Of a DNA stretch of 64,000 nt, positions 58,238 through 64,000 are shown piece by piece. The stretch's first letter is position 1. The number at the start of each line of letters is the position of its first letter. The DNA is from Paraspadella gotoi (taxonomy: Eukaryota > Animalia > Chaetognatha), in contig CM119263.1 in assembly GCA_051294375.1 (NCBI GenBank), positions 6,487,645-6,551,644 of the forward strand. Direction: 5' to 3'. Below the pieces are notes generated by a model. It had not been told where the DNA came from. It saw only the letters and a program-made list of their open reading frames with translations, and searched no databases. The position numbers were made by a program, and so were the translations under genes.

Positions 58238-61200
58238 AGAGAGAGATGACAGATAAAGGGAAGAGAGAAAGAGTGAGAAAGAGAGCGAAAACACAGAAAG
58301 AAACCAAGAAACCAATCGGATAAATTTTTTCAATGCTGAATGAATAACTAGTAAGAAAAGGAGAGAAACAATGAGCTATAGTAGGAAGAAAGAAAGAGAG
58401 GGAGAAAAATAAAAGATACGTACTAAGCTTAAGGGACAAAGAACTTTATTATTATTTTTCCCCCATCTTTTCCATCTTCTCTGATCAAGGAGATTTTTAA
58501 GAAAATAAAAGAATCGATTGAGCTATAAAAAAAATGGATTGAAAATAAATGAATCACCTTGACAACGGACAACCGTAATCAAATTAATACAAAAGCGAAG
58601 AACTCGGAAGCAATAAAACCATAAGGCAGAAAAAACAGGATTAACTGCGATTTGCAGGAGAGAAAAGTAAAGCGCAAACAATGGATGAGGACTTGGATGG
58701 CGAAAACCGATTCCGGAAATGGAAAAGAGAAAAAAGGAAAAGGGGAAAAAAAAGAAAGAAAAGCTGGGATAAAAAGGAGATGAGCGAAAGAGAAAATATG
58801 GAAGAGGAAAGGAGGGGGGGACAACATCCATAAGTCTCCCGAAAATAGGGTGAAGATAACTAAATTTGGCACGCTTGCACGCGCGAGAAAAAGAGAGAGA
58901 GAGAGAGAAGAAATCGCTCACACCGTTTATTCCATGTCATTCCTTCAACACCCAACCTAATTCCACGCCAGCGCTACTCCCCCACATCAGCCCCCAAGCT
59001 CGTCCCCACGCACGCGCACCTGTTTCAACGCGTCTCCCACTTGGTCTGCGTGCGTGCACGTGATTCCTTCGGCCGACATTGCGCGCGCAATCTCCGCGAA
59101 GCTGAACGTGTTGTTCAAGTTGCTGCCGACATATCTGAGGGAAGGTGAAGCGCGGGGGAGAGAGGTAGAGTCTTTGATAAAGGCTCAATCTCTTTTAAAA
59201 TATACAGGTTAAGTCTTCTTCTCCTGAAAATAACGGGATATTAGGCGGGGAAAGTGGATAAGATGGGGGAAAAGGATAACTTTGCAGAAAGTATGGAGAG
59301 ATACGATATATGAGGAAAAGGAAACGCGAGACAAAGAATATGTAGGACGTGAGAGAGGGAAGAAGAGAAAGAGAATTTAAAGCAAACAACTGGTTGGTGG
59401 GAAGAAATGATTAAAACAAGGGAAACAAGTCGCATGTCCATGGGGGGGAAGCGATCGACTGTCAAAGGTAAGTAAGCGAACTCTTGTTTTGAAACTGGAG
59501 CACAAAGTAATATAACCTCGTGTTGGGTAGTTGCGCCCTCAATTTCTAGAAGACAACACTAACGTCCCCATCCTAAACGGATAAATAATATTATATTTAA
59601 ATATTTAACCCCAGAAAGATTTTAACAAATAAATAAAGTCAGAAATAGTTATTTTTAAATCTAAAAAAATAAAGATAGTGAAAAGAGTAATTTTGCAACT
59701 TTCATAAACCCAGACAGAAAAATCTTACGAAAGCAAGTCTTATCGCTTTTTTTTTTACTACAAGTCCAAAGATCAAGATAATAATCGCAAGCACCTATTC
59801 TTTTTATTATCGACTTGAAATATGAAAAAAAAAAAAAAAAAAAAAAAATACGCACCTGTCTCCGAACCACAAGACTTGATTTTTCTTCTCCGCTCCCCAC
59901 TGCTGGTTGTGGAAGACCACGGCGGTCGTGGGGATCGATTCCCGGACGCAGGTGAGGACCTCGTTGAGGCTCATTCCCCACGCCCCGTCACCCACGTATC
60001 CGATCGCCGGCCTTGTTGGATTCAAGAGGCAAGGGTTAATTCAAAGTGGTCGAATAGGGCGCGACCCTAATCGGACGCAGCTCCACAACCTGTCGGGCGC
60101 GGCAACTTTAGCCCCCATGGCCGCGGGGAATGAGTATCCGCAATTGCCAAAGGTCATAGCGGCCAGCATGCCGGGTTGATTGAACCTCAAGTAGCTGTTG
60201 GCGACGGAGCAAACGTTGCCAATATCCGTGGCGACCATCGCGTCTCGGGGCATCGCTTTCTCCAGCTCGCGGAGAGCCACGCGGGGTTTGATCATGCCCA
60301 CTGGGGTTGGAGGACCCTGAGGGATAAAGAAAAAGGATCAAATGGAAATCGGGTCAGGTCAGAAAAACTCGTACCATACATAAGTATTGCATTCAACATG
60401 TTTTTTTGTATATTTTTTTTTATATCAGTGTTCTTTTGTTTGTCACCTCGTTCGCCATCGCGTCGAGCGTGGCCTCACTGGCGACGCGCTTCGTCTTCAA
60501 ATTCGCCATCCTCAATTCCTTGTTGGCCTCAGATGCCAGAAAGCCTTTGCCGCGTAGGAGGTGAAGGATCTCGGAGGCGGCCTTCTTTGCGTCGCCGTGG
60601 ACGCAAACGTCTGCCGATTTGGTCAGATTGAGGCGCTTGAAGTCGGCCTCCACCTTGGTTGAGCCAGAAGGGCGGTGAAGTTAAAGACCCGATTGCGACC
60701 TGGGACGACAATGGCAACAACAACAACGACAACCTGAATCAACTTGGCCGCCTTGGGCCAATAATCGATGCCGAACTGAGGATTCGTTCCGAAGGGGCTG
60801 AGCCTCGTTCCCAAGGCGACCACGACGTCGGCTTCTGAGATGATGTGCATGGCCCCTTGGTGACCCTGGTAGCCCAGTGGGCCGCACATGAGCGGGTGAT
60901 CGGCGGGGAAGGCGTCGTTGTGGAGATAGGTCACGCAAACAGGCATGGAGACGAATTCGGCCAGGGCCTGACCGGTAATTTATTTTTTAATATCGGCAGA
61001 CATTTAATAATGTATTATTTACATTTGAAAAACGTTGCCTTAGTTTCTCGTGCCATGGTTTGAGAAACAGTACCAGATGATAAAAAAAAAAAAAAAAAAA
61101 AACTGAAACAGCGTCATCTCATTTTCCAAACAAAATTTCATTTTAAAAAAACCTTGGCCTCTTCGATGGCGTCGCCCATAACAACGCCGCCGCCGCAGAG

Positions 61201-62108
61201 CAGCACGGGGTTCTTGGCAGCGGCGATGAGTTCGGCGGCGGCTGCCAAGGACGCCGGCCCGCCGGCGCCTTGCTCGACGATCTTCGGCGTGGGAATGACG
61301 AAAGAGTTTTGGCCGTAGAAATAATCGCGCGGGATGTTGAGCTGAGTTGGGCCCCGCTCGATCATAGCGCGGTCGAAGGCACGGGCCGTCAATTCGGCCA
61401 TGCGGGCCGGGTTGTTGACGTGAGCTTGGAATTTGGTGATTGTCTCGAAGACGGACAACTGATCCATCTCTTGGAAGCCGCCGTGACCTTTCGGAAAAAC
61501 GGGAATCGAAAAGGACTTGAAAAATTGAAAATTTTCCTAATTTTCTCCAACCTTTGGTCATCGTTCCGGCTTCGGGAGTGATGGCCACGACCGGGGAGTG
61601 GGCCCAGTAGGCCGCCGCCACCCCCGTCACGAAGTTTGAGATGCCGGGTCCGTTTTGGGCGATGGCGACGCCGTGTTTGCCGCAGACGCGCGAGTAACCG
61701 TCGGCCATGTGGACCGCGTTCTGTTCGTGCTGGACCGAGAGAAATCGAATCCCGGCGGCCGGAAATAAATCGAGAGCGTCCATATAGGCGGAGCCGACGA
61801 TTCCGAAGACGTCCTTGACTTTGAGGAGAAATAACGAGAGGGAATGTTGTCAATTTAATGTCCCCTAAGAGGGAGCAAGCAATCATCAAGCAATTGAGCA
61901 AACCTCCGTGAGCAACGAGAGTTTCGACGAAAGCTTCGCTGTTGCTCATCATTTCCGGCTTCGCCACCGGCGCCTCATTTTCCGGCGCCAGTTCCGCGCG
62001 AACGGCTTCCGGCGTCGAGGAGACGCTCCTGGCGCCGACGCGTCGCGCAGCAGACGCCGCGGAAGCCGCCGGGGAGCGGGAGAGAAATTTGCACACAGTC
62101 GATGTCAT
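57547..62108 (-). CDS. xsc: Sulfoacetaldehyde acetyltransferase-like ThDP-dependent enzyme (Xsc), 9 exons, 640 aa, with a putative N-terminal mitochondrial targeting peptide
   Basis: Exons 62108-61904, 61818-61552, 61487-61153, 60967-60734, 60653-60447, 60316-60090, 60011-59856, 59134-59020, 57723-57547 sum to 1923 nt with no internal stop, and all introns are GT-AG. Xsc-type motifs: [76 protein letters not shown], ThDP motif [27 protein letters not shown], and C-terminal ELGDPFRRDA. Confidence 0.9.
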
Positions 62109-64000
62109 TTTGTTTATTGAAAAAACTATAAATATTAATAATTAAAATTTGAACCAGATCGCGAAAACCAGAGCAGGAGGAATGAAAACTGGCTCGAAGT
62201 TTTCGTCGTGATTAAAAATCGAAAATGAAAACGATTAAAGGAAGGATGCGGAGGGATGCGGTGACCAGTAATCGATCAATTTATTTGTCAATATTTACCT
62301 CATTATAAATTATTTTCAAATCATTAATAATAATATTAACTGTTTTTTTAAATGAAAATAAAATTAAAAGATTTTTCTATTATAGGATTATTAAGGATTT
62401 ATAAAGATTTTATAAGGGTACAACGACCCACAAAAAAAAACTACTTCAACTTTGAACTTTTGCCGAATGAAAAAAGGTAAACCGGTTTATTCCGGTTCGA
62501 AAACTTTAGTTTTCACTCACGCGACTCTTGCGCGAAAAAAAAAAAAAAAAAAATAGGAAAGCGATCGAAAATTAAAATGGAAATAAAGTGAGGGGGGCGG
62601 AACCTCGGCGCCATTTTAACGCCGGTTGTCTCGTTTGAATTTCATAAACCGACCTTGGTTGTCGGAAGTTTGCTGCGATGGCTGCTCTCGTTAGAAAGTT
62701 CAACCTGATTCTTAGATAAGCTGCTTCGTTACCTAACCTTACCCTACTCATCACTACCTTACCGCCATTTTAGTTTCTTATTTGACTTAGTTGACGTAGT
62801 TGACGTAGCTGACTTTCGACAAGCCGAAAGATTTCTGTTACATAACTTCAATTTAAATGCGGTTTATATAGCGCGAATTTGGGAGCAATATCTTCAAAGC
62901 TGATTCGAAAAAAAATTTGCTCCAAATTATTTTGCATAAATCTAGCTCGGGATTTCCTAATTGCCTTCATCGGAAAAAGCTTTTTGCATAACTTTAGCTG
63001 TGGCGGTTAATTATCCTGCACTTGAAACTTCTCAATCGATTATCGGACGTAATCGACAGACTTCAAAATATGCGCTACTAGAAATTTTCATAATGATAAA
63101 AAGGTGCTGATTCATTTCGTTGTTTACGAAACGGCCAATACCTGGGTTTTCGATTTGGCACTCTGATCAAAAAACAAACAAAAGAATAACTTGGGGTGAA
63201 AAAAAAAAGGAAAGTAGAACGGAGAAAAAAAGGTTTTAAGAAATGAGAGGGAGGAAAAATAAAGAAACGGAGGAAGAAGAAGAAAGGTAAAAACGAAGAA
63301 GAGGGGGGGCATAAAAAAGGATGAGGAAGGGAAAAAAAATCAGAAAAAGAGTTAGCAGAAGTTAAGCAAAAAATATGAGAAAAAGAAGCAAAAGAAAGTG
63401 TAAAAAGGAAGAGGTGAACGCGACAAAAAGAAAAAGGCGGAAAGGAAAATGGAAATAAAAACAAAGTAAAACATTTGGGAAAACATTTTGATAATGATTA
63501 CAATGTAAATCACTCGAGCTTTTGCGACTCAATAAATTATTTCTGATGCAAAANNNNNNNNNNAATCACTCGAGCTTTTGCGACGCAATAAACTATTTCT
63601 GATGCAAAACAAATCTGGAATCGGGGATTGAAAGAGAAATCGCTAGTATTGGTTGAAGATAAGAAACAGACCCAAACTTTGCATTCTGCACGTATTCTTT
63701 GATCTTATGTTTTATCAGTTGAACCGGTTATATAGGTTTTATATAACTTTAATTTTAAAGAACTCCTTCGTCCTTTTCCACTTCAAATGTCACGATTCTT
63801 CAAAAATTTAACAAGGTTTACAAAAGATATCGTAGGAAAAAAAAGCTAAGGAAAAGACAATTCAATAATAGGCTTTAAAGAAAAAAGTTGCAAACTTAAT
63901 TTCTTTTTTTTTCTATTTTTCCCTCTCGTCATCGTCATTAGATGGTGATAACTATTTTTTTTTAGAAAGGGAGGGGAGAGAGAAAAGAGGGAGTGAGAAA

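Noticed and set aside
57724-59855. Missing SLC6 N-terminal exons hidden within the large Xsc introns
   Set aside because: No TM1-TM3 motifs were found on the - strand by eye; the sequence is purine/pyrimidine-tract intron DNA.
57547-62108. Bacterial contamination, or a call of acetolactate synthase (AHAS/ILVBL)
   Set aside because: Eight spliceosomal introns and host-like flanks exclude contamination. [16 protein letters not shown] and ELGDPFRRDA fit Xsc better than AHAS.
63508-63609. ~45-bp direct repeat around the N gap, resembling a CRISPR repeat or target-site duplication
   Set aside because: Only two copies separated by Ns, with SNP differences; a scaffold overlap artefact in eukaryotic DNA.

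Overview
Intron-rich eukaryotic, animal-like genomic DNA. Exons are GC/CpG-rich, introns are AT-rich with many (AG)n/(CT)n microsatellites, and there are four short N gaps. I reconstructed four spliced genes by hand from splice sites and reading phase. (1) The 3' part of a polycystin-1-like gene (+, 1594-25009; GPS, TM1, PLAT, polycystin channel domain, long C-tail). (2) A very large BTB-BACK-Kelch gene (+, 33167-50884) with a ~1,600-aa low-complexity C-terminal extension containing polyproline and repeated WH2-like motifs. (3) The 3' portion of an SLC6 GABA/taurine/creatine-subgroup transporter (-, 53827-57078). (4) A complete 9-exon, 640-aa ThDP-dependent enzyme matching bacterial sulfoacetaldehyde acetyltransferase (Xsc, taurine desulfonation) with a mitochondrial-type presequence (-, 57547-62108). 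The most notable arrangement is that the Xsc gene sits where the transporter's missing 5' exons should connect. It therefore appears nested on the same strand inside an intron of the transporter, a candidate eukaryotic taurine/sulfonate uptake-plus-catabolism locus. Family assignments come from recalled motifs; no database searches were run.
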